Assembly: GCA_951406725.2 (NCBI GenBank)
Contig: OX597828.1
Coordinates: forward strand, 25,420,001 to 25,484,000
Length of the DNA stretch: 64,000 bases
Direction: 5' to 3'
DNA from: Octopus vulgaris
Taxonomy: Eukaryota
The position numbers and the translations under genes are program-made. The notes under the pieces are model-generated. The model saw only the letters and a list, made by a program, of their open reading frames with translations. It made no database searches and was not told where the DNA came from. Of the stretch, positions 1 to 11,759 are shown piece after piece. How positions within the stretch are numbered: position 1 is the stretch's first letter; each line of letters opens with the position of its first letter.

Positions 1-1016
1 TTACTTAAGTTTTTCGCTCCCTATGGACTAGAGGCCATCGATGATTATTCTTTACTGTCCATGACTCTGGGTTGCCTTTTCTGCTCCTCCCAGGTGGATC
101 CTTGCTTCCTTGAGGAAGTGCCTTGATCTCTCAGCTTTTGAATTGTCGTCAGTGCTTCTGTAAATTGCTTTTATCCAGATAAGGATATTGACCCTACGTA
201 AACTCATCTTTACCTCTTGGAAGACGTGGTCCATATTAACCTGGTTTCTATTCTTTTATCCGTCCAACATCAAAGGACTTAACAGATATTTGCATTTTGT
301 TGGCATAGTCCCGGGACCCTTGAGACACACATGTCACAACGTCGCAACAAGGACATAACCTAGTGGTGGATTGTTACTACATGGAATATAACATTATGGT
401 TGTGATTTCTGCCGGTCTCAATCTGCGAAAGCTGTAACTGTAGCCTGGGCGTCACTCCCGCAAATGAACCTAAGATCTCATTTTAGAAAGGTACCCAACT
501 GAAGCTTCTAGCGATGTTTGATGTTTGGTCGTTCACAATCGTGAGATGAAGTGAGACCCAAATAGGACTGCACGATTTTACACGTCCAAATAGTGATTGT
601 AGTATTATCCATCATATAACGGATAACATTGGAAGTGTAATTTTGCCGTGGGTTATTACCAGAAGATGGCTCACATACAATAAAACTGAACTTTTATCAA
701 ATTTCTTAGTGCTTAATGATGGGATGAATTTTAAATTTTCTATAGAAAAATATTTATTACCTTAAAACAAATAAAAAATACTTTTTAAAAACTTCTGTTG
801 CAGCTTCTCTACTCTTGCTCTTGTGCTGTTTGTTTATTAATGGCAACGCCATCTATTGAGAGATTGCGACAAGTTGGCTTCTCGTCTCAATGAACAGAAA
901 TTTGTTTTTGTATTTCAATGTTTAGAGCTTTGTACAGTCGCTACTAGGCCGTCATTGGTGTCACAAACCATTTTCAGTCTTGAAAATTATTCTCCTCATT
1001 TATGGCAAGTGTATCA

Positions 1017-1420
1017 TGGAGACACATAATGTCGCATTACGAATTGAAGAAGTGCAATATGCTTTGGCATATGGAAACAGGGGAGCAGAGATAAAGTTCA
1101 GACTACGACCTACAGGTGAAGCAGGAGAAAGAATTGAAAAAAGGAACAAAGAGAAGCATTATCTTCGTGTAGTATCAGTAAAATGAGCAAAATTTGAAGA
1201 AACTTAAAAACATGGTTATTAGACCAATGAAACTTGGGATAAGCATTGACTACGAAGATGGTCACTTTGGAAGTAGAGAGGTGGGCAGCAAATATAGGAG
1301 CGAAAGATTCCGATAAAAATGCTTGCTGATATTTTCGTTTCATGAAACGAAATGGTTTACGTTTGTGAACATGAGCAAAGTTAGCTCAGAAAGTACCTGC
1401 AGATAATGACAGAAAAGATA
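1017..1420 (+). mobile_element. Decayed pogo-family (POGK-like) transposase N-terminus: Brinker-like HTH plus CENP-B HTH
   Basis: Manual translation gives ...VQYALAYGNRGAEIKF... then K*AKFEENLKTWLLDQ*NLG*ALTTKMVTLEVERWA...YFRFMKRNGLRL*T*AKLAQKVPAD. This matches the pogo WxxRFMxRxGLxxRxRTxxAQKxP pattern and carries multiple stops. Confidence 0.75.
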
Positions 1421-2051
1421 TTTCCATTGCGTGATAATTTCTCTCACCTATGAGCAAGGAGTAATCTACTGGTTTGCTCTTCAAATTTGTCTGTTGACAG
1501 GCCCGATCGGGAGGATATGAGCTTTGGTAAGGATAAAAAGTTTTTGTTTTCCCTAGAATTACATTTCCTGAAACTAGGGTTCATCTTCTACAATACAGAG
1601 TCTACTTTCTGCTAAATAAAGTGTATACAAAAACGACGGATCGATAAAATGTCGGCATACCTCAAGCAATTAAGAAATATTCGCATCGGATTCCATATTA
1701 CAATAACTCTTTTACTGCAAACCAAAAAAGTTACAATAATTTCCTCAAATTATACATCCTACTTGAAGGACACGTTAACTACATTACCTCATCTGAAAAA
1801 TAAAGATGGCACCGGTCACAGGTAGAATGGCTTTGATGATAGATCTGTTGCTCCACCAGGACTAATTTGGAGCTAAGCTACAGAATTTAACTGTTTTACT
1901 TAGTACTAGAAACTTTGACTGCCAGTTTGGGTCAGAGTTGTGATGATGTAATGATCACCATCCATCGTCTGTGAAAGATTTAAAATTTAAATATACAAAA
2001 ACAAAAAGGATTATCACACATTATTACAAAACAATAGTTTAAAAAATCACC

Positions 2052-2330
2052 ATGTATGTATGCATGTATGTATGTATGTATGTATGTATGTATGTATGTA
2101 TGTATGTATGTATGTATGTATGTATGTATGTATGTATGTATGTATGTATTATGTATGCATGTATGTATGTATGCGTGTATGTATTATGTATGCATGTATG
2201 TATGTATGCATGTACGTGTAAAGTAAATGGTAGTCTTGAGCGCACAATGTTCCTAGAGGACAGTTGTGATTTTCCTCGGTTACGAGTGGATGGTCATCAT
2301 AATCATGTATGTATGTATGTATGTATGTAT
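2052..2330. repeat. (TATG)n microsatellite block, interrupted
   Basis: Direct reading. Confidence 0.95.
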
Positions 2331-3108
2331 TCATGCGTACGTGTGTATGTTTGTGTGTTTGTGTCACACTGTCGTCGAGCATCTGAAGGGGTAGACGTGT
2401 TATAATGTTGACCTGAGTGAAACTTTAGCATTTAAACCGGTCAAATCTGGTTCAAATATTCTACCTGTTTTATGTTAAAACTGGTTAAATCCAGCCTCTC
2501 ACACTTACCCTACAATGTCATACTAAATATATATATATAGTTTTGAAGCTGCATGAAAATGCATCATTAATTCAAAACAATGTGAATAAATAAGCACTAC
2601 ATTTGACAGAGTAATCTGCTCCATGAAAATATCGAACGATAGGATTAGAACACAAATAGGTTTACGCAGATATATAAGAATAAATGGACTGCATATAACA
2701 CTCAAGCATAGGAGGGACAACAGGAAAGGGAGGGGGGGAAATATGAGAGAAAATTCGAAAAAAATAACTATAAAAATATAAGAGATCTATTAGATTAACA
2801 TGTGCAAGAGAAGTAAAGGCTGAAAAATCTAAGAAATGTATGACAATGGTGTCTATTTTTCAAAGAAGCTGGGTGACATACAACAAAAAGGATGTTGTAG
2901 ATTTAAAGGAGAAAAACAAAATGAGTAGACAGACCGAGGAAAAAGAAAAAAAACAATACAAAACAAAGAAAAAAAAATAGAAAAGAAACATAAATACAAT
3001 AGCATTAAAGAAAAGAAAAATTCAACAAAAGGGGTTAGAAAAGTACGGTGAAGAAATAAATATAAGAACCATAGATTGTTCCTGCGAACAGAACAAGATG
3101 TCGTACAA

Positions 3109-3290
<182 letters not shown>

Positions 3291-3659
3291 TGTATGTATT
3301 GTTTGTTATATATGGACATGTCGTACCCAGCTGACGATAACATTTTCTTTTATAAAAGAAATAAAAATTGGGGGCGGTGAGTGGATAGAACCGCTAGAGC
3401 ATTCCACAACAATCTGCAAGGTCATGTTTGTCGAGTTATGGCTCTGTAGAATTGTTGGAGCATCAGACAAAATACCACAAGGTATTTAGTTACAGTTCTC
3501 TCATTTTTCTGATTTCAAATCCTAACGATATGAACTTTGTCTCCTCTCTTTCTAGATTGATAGGACAAAGCCTCGTTTAAGCCCTAAGATCGATTTAATC
3601 AACTAAGCCGACGTCCACACGATTTCTAGCTTTATACCTCAATAAGAAATATATATTTA

Positions 3660-3900
3660 AGGGTGGTAGAATGGTCGAATCATTCAAGCGTCGGAGTTCA
3701 ACTCCTGCTAAAGTCAACTCGTATGCCTTTCAGTTTTCCGGGGTCAATAAAGTAAGTGGGAGAGTGAGACAGTGGCACAGTGTCAACTTTTCTCTCTCTT
3801 TTCCTTCCTGGAATGCTTTGATTTATTTGATTGAATACGTCAATTTAATCTATTAACCTTTCCACCAAATTTCTGACCTCATGTTTAAGTTAGAATCCAT
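3660..3900 (+). mobile_element. Old diverged SINE related to family A
   Basis: Contains gagttcaactcc...aaagtcaact...gcctttcagttttccggggtcaataaagtaagt, a decayed version of the family A central domain. Confidence 0.55.
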
Positions 3901-4943
3901 TTATTATCATCAGTATAGACGTCGCACAGTATACAACATCGTGAGGTAGTTGATTGAAGATATTGTCAACAAGGACCTCAGACAGACAGTACTTTACGCA
4001 ATATGCATGCAGTCCCAAGTAATGTCGACTTTTGCAATACACCTAGATTGCAGGGCATTTCTAAGGTTTTCAGATGTTTTTGCAGATTGGGTGGTATTAA
4101 ACCCAATGCTCCGATGACAATAGGGATAATCTTTATGTTTGACTCTCGTAGCTGCCACATTTTAGCGATTTCAGTTCTCATGTCTCATATTTATCAACCT
4201 TTTCTCCTTCTTTCCTAATGATGTGTTGATCTTCTGGCACTGCGACGTCGATTATTAGGCACTCTTGTTTGTCCCTCCTAAGGGTTACTATATCCGGCCT
4301 TCGGTGCTCTAACACCTTGTCTGGCTGGAAATTAAAGTCCCAGAGAATTTTTGCCTTCTCCTTTTCGTCCATTACCTTTTCCGGTGTATGTTGGTACCAA
4401 GCACCTGTAACTTCATATCCATACTTACGGCACAGTAGCTAGTGGATGTTTTGGGCTACCTTGTCGTGTCTACGCTTGTAATCTTTCTGCGCAAGACTTT
4501 CACAAGCACTAACAATGCGAGTCATGCTTTCGACCCTCTTCCCACACATTCTGCAGAGGTCCGTTGCACTTGTGTGGTATATATTATTTTTCACTGAAGT
4601 GGTATTCAACGCCTGGTCCTGGGCCGCGATGATTAGGCTTTCAGTATTCTTTTTTAGGTCACTCTTGTTGAGCCACCTCCATGATGCTTCCTAGTCTTTT
4701 AATTTGTTGGTTTCACGGTAGTACTGACCATGTAATTCCATACGGAGTAGTTTTTCTTCTCTCTCGTTGGCTGTTCTTGATCGAAATTAATGAGCGCTCT
4801 CAAGTCCATTTTTTGTTAACACCTTCTGCACTAGCAGCATATTACAGCGGGTCTTATTTGCTGTTTATTCTGCCATGTTTCTTCTTTCAATATCGGTGCA
4901 CTCCCGTATGCTAATCTGCCCACATCCACCTTTACCTCTCTTC
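3900..4943 (-). mobile_element. 5'-truncated R4/Dong-like non-LTR retrotransposon: C-terminal CCHC knuckle plus restriction-like endonuclease
   Basis: The minus strand reads HGQYYRE...TESLIIAAQDQAL...CRMCGKRVESMTRIVSAC...KRRHDKVA...KILWDFNFQPDKVLEHRRPDIV...IIDVAVP...EKVDKY...IPIVIGALG...LQKSTLLGTACILRKVL*. It is frameshifted, and its 5' break abuts a (TAA)n tract at 4944-4968. Confidence 0.88.
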
Positions 4944-4968
4944 TATTATTATTATTATTATTATTACT

Positions 4969-5085
4969 ATTTTATGTTTGACTTTTGCTCTGCATTTGTA
5001 CAAGTTGTCTCCAAGTTTCACCCAGAGACCTCAAGAGACAACAAATTAGAAGTTCAAGCTGGTGTTATGACTAGGGTGCTTTATA
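4969..5085 (-). mobile_element. Probable 3' UTR of a second R4/Dong-like element ending in the same (TAA)n tract
   Basis: The minus-strand end gcagagcaaaagtcaaacataaaaata+(TAA)n resembles the 3' end gctgtgcaaagtcaataaaaata+(TAA)n of the copy at 54636-55235. Confidence 0.45.
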
Positions 5086-5089
5086 TAAG

Positions 5090-6660
5090 ACATCCCCGTC
5101 CCCAGTCAACGTTTCAAACAAGGGAGGACGCAAAAGCTCACTGTCTAAAACCCCTGAAAAGCAGGGGTTTCTTGTTAGTTTCTTATTATTGCAGCCTGAG
5201 ACAGGTAAGAAACCACGTCGAGCAGGCGCCGTTAGAAATAGTCATTCCTTAGCTAATTGCTACAGTCACGATAGACATCGAGGAAAAAACGAACATCCTC
5301 GAAATCTACCAGCCTAAAAAACACAAAAAAAAAAGAGAGAACAGGTCGGGAATGGAAATGGAACTCGACATCCAAACCAGTCAGAAAAATGTGGATGCTA
5401 TCCTAGATCAACTACATCTTCCAGGTAGCATCATCTTACCCGTTAGGAAGGAAGGTCAAGTAACACATCTGCCCGTAAACCACTCATAAAAGCTTTCTGT
5501 CCTAAATTGAATGAGAAAGAGACCCTCTCCTCTCTCAGCACAAACGAATCCACCAACAACAGCCACCAAAGCCCCAAAAGCAGCAGCACCATCACCATCA
5601 CCATCACCATCAACACGCGTTACAGCATCAACAGAAGCAGCAGAAACTACAATAACAGCATCTTCTGCAACACTAATCCTCACCATACCTATTTCTTTAC
5701 TGCCCATAAGGGGCTAAACACAGAGAGGACAAACAAGGACAGGAAAACGGATTAAGTCGATTATATCGACCCGAGTGCGTAACTGGTACTTAATTTATCG
5801 ACCTCGAATGTATGAAAGGCAAAGTCGACCTCGGCGGAATTTGAACTCAGAACGTAACGGCAGATGAAATACCTGTTTCTTTACTAACCACAAGGGGCTA
5901 AACACAGAGGGGACAAACAAGGACAGGCAAACGGATTAAGTCGATTATATCGACCCCAGTGCGTAACTGGTACTTAATTTATCGACCCTGAAAGGATGAA
6001 AGGCAAAGTCGACCTCGGCGGAATTTGAACTCAGAACGTAACGGCAGACGAAATACCACTAAGAATTTCGCCCGATGTGCTAACGATTCTGCCAGCTTAC
6101 TTACCGACATCGGATTGCTCCAGTCACTTCTCAACTCCAGTACAAGACATGCCACTTCCCGATTCCGAGCGGTCAGGCTTTGACATCCGGCGAGACAGAA
6201 ATTATAAAACGGAGAAAAGACAAAAAAAAAAAAAGACAAAACAACAACAGACAAAGAACAAACTTCATCCACACAAAAAGTGGAAAGGAAAAAAAAAACT
6301 ACAAAAAAAAAACTCTGCAGCAAAAATCACAAGAAACAAACACTACCTCACTCCCCACTGCCACAAACACTTGAAACACAACCACAATCAACACCACCAT
6401 AAACAACAATCCCTCCCACATACACTATAACAACAACAATAACAACAGCAGCAGCAGTGAAAAACGGAAAGTAAAGAAATCCCCATTGCAAACTAGACGG
6501 CGACAAACACAAAACAATGCAGATTTTATGAATTACTTAAAAACACACATCAACATAACCCAAACAGATTTTTATAACACCCGCAATGCCCATCCCTACA
6601 CAAATCATTCGAACAACGGAAAACAAATACACACGCCTAAAAACTAAATTCCTTCTCACT
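5090..6660 (+). mobile_element. Possible decayed ORF1 region of an L1/Tx1-like LINE, interrupted by a SINE dimer
   Basis: A/C-rich coding-like composition (P/T/K/N-rich) similar to ORF1 at 61996-62436; broken frames, no diagnostic motif intact. Confidence 0.3.
5687..6097 (-). mobile_element. tRNA-head SINE family A: one head plus two tandem body/tail units
   Basis: Reverse complement of the copies at 7341, 13580 and 60219; a ~185-bp body+tail is repeated, with the junction at GAAATACC (5866-5873). Confidence 0.9.
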
Positions 6661-6718
6661 CTTATTCTTATTCCAATAACGTGGCCTTGCTCAAAATAGG
6701 CAGTGTGAATGCACGTGA

Positions 6719-7313
6719 GCTGGGGTCGCCTTGGAAGCAGGGTCACCTGCTCAATGAACGTCAATGTGGTGGTCATAAGTGAGACCAGAACTTTTGAGCC
6801 ACAAAACTTCAAACCCTAACCCTAACCCTCCAAATTCTTTAACTTGGACTTTTTTTTCCCTACACTAACCCTAAAACCCTAACCCTTAAACTCTAAAACC
6901 CTAACCCTAAAACCGTAACCGTAAGCACAGAAATGTTTTGAAATTTTTGTCCCAATCATGATGTCCGTATTTTTCCGCATATTTATAAAAAAAAAAAAAA
7001 AAATTCTTAAAAAATAATTTTACAAAGATTTTTGGAAATTTTTTCAGAATCATAATGTGTGTATTTTCCCGCATATTTTGAAAAATAAAATTGTGAAAAA
7101 AATTTTTAAATGAAGGAAATGGGGGTGGGTGTTAATTTAGAAATGTCGATTGTTGCCAATTTTTTTTTTTTGCAGAATCTTATTCCTCGTAGCCGAAAGG
7201 GAGGGGGGAGGTTGTGTCGAAAAATTTTTTTTTTAAGAAGGCTGTTTGTTTGTTTTTTTGGTGGTGGTGGTGGTGGGGGGGGACGAGCGGAAGTCTTGCC
7301 AAGGGGACCCCAG
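6719..7313. mobile_element. Possible MITE containing degenerate (CCCTAA)n telomere-like repeats (6813-6925)
   Basis: Imperfect terminal inverted repeat gctggggtcgccttggaag / cttgccaaggggaccccagc; internal CCCTAA units; no TSD seen. Confidence 0.4.
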
Positions 7314-7340
7314 CATTTAACTGGTATTTATTTTATAAAA

Positions 7341-7570
7341 GGCGGCAAGCTGGCAGAATCGTTAGCACGTCGGGCGAAATGCTTAGCGGTATTTCGGCTG
7401 CCGTTACGTTGTGAGTTCAAATTCCGCCGAGGTCGACTTTGCCTTTCATCCTTTCGGGGTCGATAAATTAAGTACCAGTTACGTACTGGGTCGATATAAT
7501 CGACTTAATACCTATGTCTGTCCTTGTTTGTCCCCTCTATGTTTAGCTCATTGTGGGTAGTAAAGAAATA
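7341..7570 (+). mobile_element. SINE family A, full length, inserted into an older opposite-strand relative (about 7305-7702)
   Basis: A-box-like tggcagaatcgttag and B-box-like gagttcaaattcc; central gcctttcatcctttcggggtcgataaattaagtacc; flanked by ggtatttattttat (7323-7336) and ggtgtttattttat (7571-7584). Confidence 0.92.
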
Positions 7571-7731
7571 GGTGTTTATTTTATCGACTGTTGGACGAAA
7601 GGTAAAGTTGACCTCGGCAGAATTTGAACTCAAAGCGTTATGACAAGAGATGCAGCTAAGCATCTTATCCGGAGTGCTAAAGGTCCTGCCACCTCGTCAC
7701 CTTGAAATCTCGAGATAATGCGCGAGCCTCG

Positions 7732-7801
<70 letters not shown>

Positions 7802-7989
7802 CGTGTCTGTGTGTTGTGTGTGTGTGCTCGTTAGGCTTATGGAACTGAGTAGGATAGTCGAATTACTGATTTTAAGAAAAGCTATGTTGTAGAATAAAAG
7901 TTTTACATTTGTCAAGAGTTTACGAATTATCTCCCTTAGACGAGGCGGCTTCGTCCGATAAACAGTTCTAACCATAAGAGCAGAATTAC

Positions 7990-8020
<31 letters not shown>

Positions 8021-8029
8021 CGAGTAGCA

Positions 8030-8308
8030 GTAATACATACACGCATTCATACATACATACATGCATACATGCATACATGCATACATGCATACATACATAT
8101 ATGCATACATACATATACGCATTCATACATACATACATACATGCATACATGCATGCATACATACATACATACATACACACATACATACATGCATACATAC
8201 GTACATGCATACATACATACATACATACATACAAACATACATACATACATACAAACATACATACATACATACATACATACATACATACATACATACATAC
8301 ATACATAC
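8030..8308. repeat. (CATA)n microsatellite
   Basis: Direct reading. Confidence 0.95.
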
Positions 8309-8389
8309 AGTCTCAGTTGGTGAACTCGCTGCTTCCTTTGATCGGATCAACCGGAACCCTCGTCGTCGTAACCGACGGAGTGCTTCCAT

Positions 8390-8625
8390 CCATCCACTTG
8401 TGGTATGACAGAAGGCTATTTTCGTAGTCATAAAGCGAGATAGATGAGTGACAACCTGGCCACTGGTGGTGGTGTAACACACCATACTAATCATATCTGT
8501 CAGGCATGTGGAAGAGAGTATAATTCGGCAGGAGGACTTAAACGACATGCAAAGGTACATGAAGCCCAGTTACAACTACAGCCGGCTATTACCGGTAAAA
8601 GTTTTAGTTGCCAATTCTGTACGTG
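8390..8625 (+). mobile_element. C-terminal C2H2 zinc-finger region of an RTE-like LINE
   Basis: HICQACGREYNSAGGLKRHAKVH...AITGKSFSCQFC. The DNA gctattaccggtaaaagttttagttgcca recurs at about 30302, where it is joined to an RTE RT fragment. Confidence 0.65.
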
Positions 8626-8809
8626 GAAATTATATAAAAAAACTGCCGTTCAAACCTAAAAGGTCCGAGCTTCGAAGTTGATAGGCAAAAGAGTGAACTG
8701 GCAGTGATCTAGGGCAATTTTTATGGGTTATTTCTATATAAAGGGAAACCAAGGTGTGTACTAGCTTCCTTTCATTACTATTTACACAACCGCCTCCACT
8801 GTCGCTTCC

Positions 8810-9096
8810 ATCGTCTTCATCATCATCATCATCAAATACCACACACACTCGCACGCGCACACATTCATAAACAAGCTCATATTACCCACCATCTCCATCA
8901 CCATCATGACGACGACGACGACGACGACGACGGCGACCACCACCACCACTACCACCACCACCACCACCACCACCATTACAACCTCGACTGAAAGAAACAT
9001 GTCGCAACTTGATCAGCTGGAAAGCTCGACTGGTCTGGACATGAACCTACTCGTGTGGTACTGTGATGTAGTGTTTACATCTACTGCTACAGTTGC

Positions 9097-9131
<35 letters not shown>

Positions 9132-9360
9132 ATGACGATGATGATAATGGTTGATGATAGTAGTGATGATGATGGTGAAAGAGTTTGGCAGTGGTGTTGG
9201 TGTTGGTGGTGGTAGTGATAATGCATGTGGGGGTTTGATGATGACGATAATGATGTCAATGATGACGATGACGATGGTGGTGGTGGTGGTGTTTGTGGTG
9301 CTGCTGTTGTTATTGTTTTGCTGCTGTTGATGGTGTTGACGATGGCGACGACGACCAGCA
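8810..9360. repeat. Mixed trinucleotide low-complexity tract (CAT, GAC, CAC, GCT, GAT, GGT)
   Basis: Direct reading. Confidence 0.9.
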
Positions 9361-9517
9361 AAACACATGACTAACCCTCAAAAAGACGGGACTAACAACT
9401 CTGAACACCACTACATATCAACAATATTCCACTCACTCTCAAATTAGATACTTTCATGAGTGACTCATAATTTTAGCCTCATCTCCCACTCATCTCCTAA
9501 AGACATTTGAAATGTTT

Positions 9518-9926
9518 GGATCTTTTTAGTTTGAACGGCAGTTTTTTCTAGCGGTGTCATGAAATTGTCACCCATAATTATGACCCTAGAATCGATCTAT
9601 TGCATTTCAATCTCTTTTAGGGTTAGGGGTGGTGGGAAGGGTAACTTTTTTTCTTCATAAATGTAAATAAGCCCAATCTTTTTTTTAAACGTGGGACATA
9701 TTCATACGGCACAGAATGTTTTCACCTTAACAGACGTCAGTGATTGGTTGAAATTGCAGACATTGAAGAAAAAACAACAACAAATATCTTATAAACTATA
9801 GAATTTTCTCAATAAAGCCAACAGGAAAAGATGTTTTATAAACACATTCTACCAGTATACGAAGTTTAAAATTTTTTAGTTACCTAGAAATTATGTTAAA
9901 AACTGCCGTTCAAACCGAAAAGATAC
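9518..9926. mobile_element. MITE with ~28-bp TIRs, GG 5' terminus and 8-bp TSD (Merlin-like)
   Basis: ggatctttttagtttgaacggcagtttt ... aaaactgccgttcaaaccgaaaagatac; TSD aaatgttt at 9510-9517 and 9927-9934. Confidence 0.9.
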
Positions 9927-10139
9927 AAATGTTTTACAATGTTCAACATGCACCCTCAAATTGGAAATTGTTATGAATAGCTCTTAACTTTCAACCACTG
10001 CTCCTCTACCAACCTCCCAAGCAGGATCTTTACGCCCACAGATGCCAATACATATAACTTGATATGTATAAATTGTAAACGATATACTGTAATAGATGAG
10101 AAAGCAATGAAAATAAGAACCTAGCTTTAATAATGCCAC

Positions 10140-10562
10140 GGATCTTTTCGGTTTGAACACCAGTTTTTCTAGCGGTGTCATATGAATTTGTCACCCATAA
10201 TTATGACCCTAGTATCGATCTATTGTATTTCAATCTGTTTTAGGGTTAGGGTTAGTTAGGGTTAGGGGTGGGGGAAGGTTATCTTTTTTCTTCAGAAATG
10301 TAAATAAACCCAATCTGTTTCTTAAACGAGGGACATATTCATACGGCACAGAATGTTTTCACTTCAATAGACGTCATTGATTGGTTGAAATTGCAGAAAT
10401 TGAAGAAAGAAAACAACAAATATCTTACAAACTATAGAATTTTCTCAATAAAGCCAAGAGAAAAGATGTTTTATAAACACATTCTACCAGTATACGAAGT
10501 TTAAAAGTGTTTAGTTACGTGGAAATTATTTTTAAAAACTGCCGTTCAAACCGAAAAGATCC
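10140..10562. mobile_element. Second copy of the same MITE, independently inserted
   Basis: Same TIRs and body; different 8-bp TSD aatgccac at 10132-10139 and 10563-10570; internal ttagggttagggttagttagggttagggg. Confidence 0.92.
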
Positions 10563-10972
10563 AATGCCACTCTACCGTATGTTTATCCCTATCGCTCCAT
10601 ATTTCCCATTTACAACACTGCTCCTTTGTTATCTCCACCAAAGTCTCCTTGTATCTTTATCAATTCAGTATAAATTCAATAGATCTATCAACAAAGGGAT
10701 TTTAATATAAGAGCCAATGTCCACTGGCCCAAAGTGACACACTTCCCTATTAATTTGCTGTCAACTTCTTATATAATTACATTAGCAGAATTGCAGTAGC
10801 ACTAGCGTACCGGACAAAATGCCTCGTCGGTTTTTTAACCGACTTTATGTTCTGAGCTCGAATATCATCAAGGTTGACTGTATCTTTTATTCTTTTCGGA
10901 GTCGATAAGATAAGTACCAGTTGAACATAGGGATTGATGTAATCGATCACCTCCCTCTCTAAAGACCTTGTG

Positions 10973-11281
10973 TGGAGGCATATGGCTTAGTGGTTAGAGA
11001 AGCGGACTCGCGGTCGAGGGATCGCGGGTTCGAATCTCAGACCGGGCGATGTGTGTGTTTATGAGCGAAACACCTAAGCTCCACGCGGCTCCGGCAGAAG
11101 GTAATGGCGAACTTCTGCTGACTCTTTCGCCACAACTTTCTCTCACCACTCTTTCCTCCTGCATCTTGCAGCTCACCTGCGTAGGACCGGCGCCCCATCC
11201 AGGTGGGGAACCTATACGCCAAAGAAACCGGGAAACCGGCCCTTATGAGCCAGGCATGACTCGAGAAGGAACAAACAACTG
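10973..11281 (+). mobile_element. tRNA-head SINE family C nested in an older family-A-like SINE (about 10785-11306)
   Basis: A box tggcttagtggttag and B box gggttcgaatctc; 11-bp TSD aagaccttgtg at 10962-10972 and 11282-11292. Confidence 0.9.
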
Positions 11282-11759
11282 AAGACCTTGTGCCCACTAT
11301 AGAAAGTAAAGAAAAAAGAATTACATTAAACTCAATTATCATGCAAGCTAGAACACATCACCAATCTCTGACTCTATCTTCCTGTAATATTTTTTCAAAG
11401 AGAAATAAATGCAAGCCACCCTCGAAGAACTGCTATAGAGTTTTCCGAGTACTTCCGTCATCAATTTTATATACACTTCACATTAATTATTATTATTATT
11501 TTTTTTATTGATTGCTATTCCATTTCTCAAGACCAAATACACCAAATATCCCTTTGTCCTTCATGTTACTAAATAGTATGTGTTAAGTTTTAAAGCTCTG
11601 TTGCAGTTTCGATATGGTCACTTGGAGAGTAGTTTTTCGATGCTTATAGTGAAATAAATATTAATTTTTACATTCTAATGTTTTTTTTTCTATGTAAATT
11701 ACTTTATAGCAGAGTGGTTAAATCAGCGAAGATTTTATACTTTTAAAGAGCTTTGATGA

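Noticed and set aside
1-300. Possible LINE endonuclease remnant on the minus strand (IYRST...)
   Set aside because: Only one weak motif; not enough to call.
6813-6925. True telomere or chromosome-fusion scar
   Set aside because: The CCCTAA units are short and degenerate and lie inside a probable dispersed repeat.
8444-8659. C2H2 zinc-finger ORF as a host transcription-factor exon
   Set aside because: The same DNA recurs at 30302 fused to RTE RT, and there are no TGEKP linkers; it is a LINE C-terminus.
10973-11050. tRNA gene
   Set aside because: The tRNA-like head continues into a SINE body flanked by a TSD; the same applies to the other A/B-box hits.
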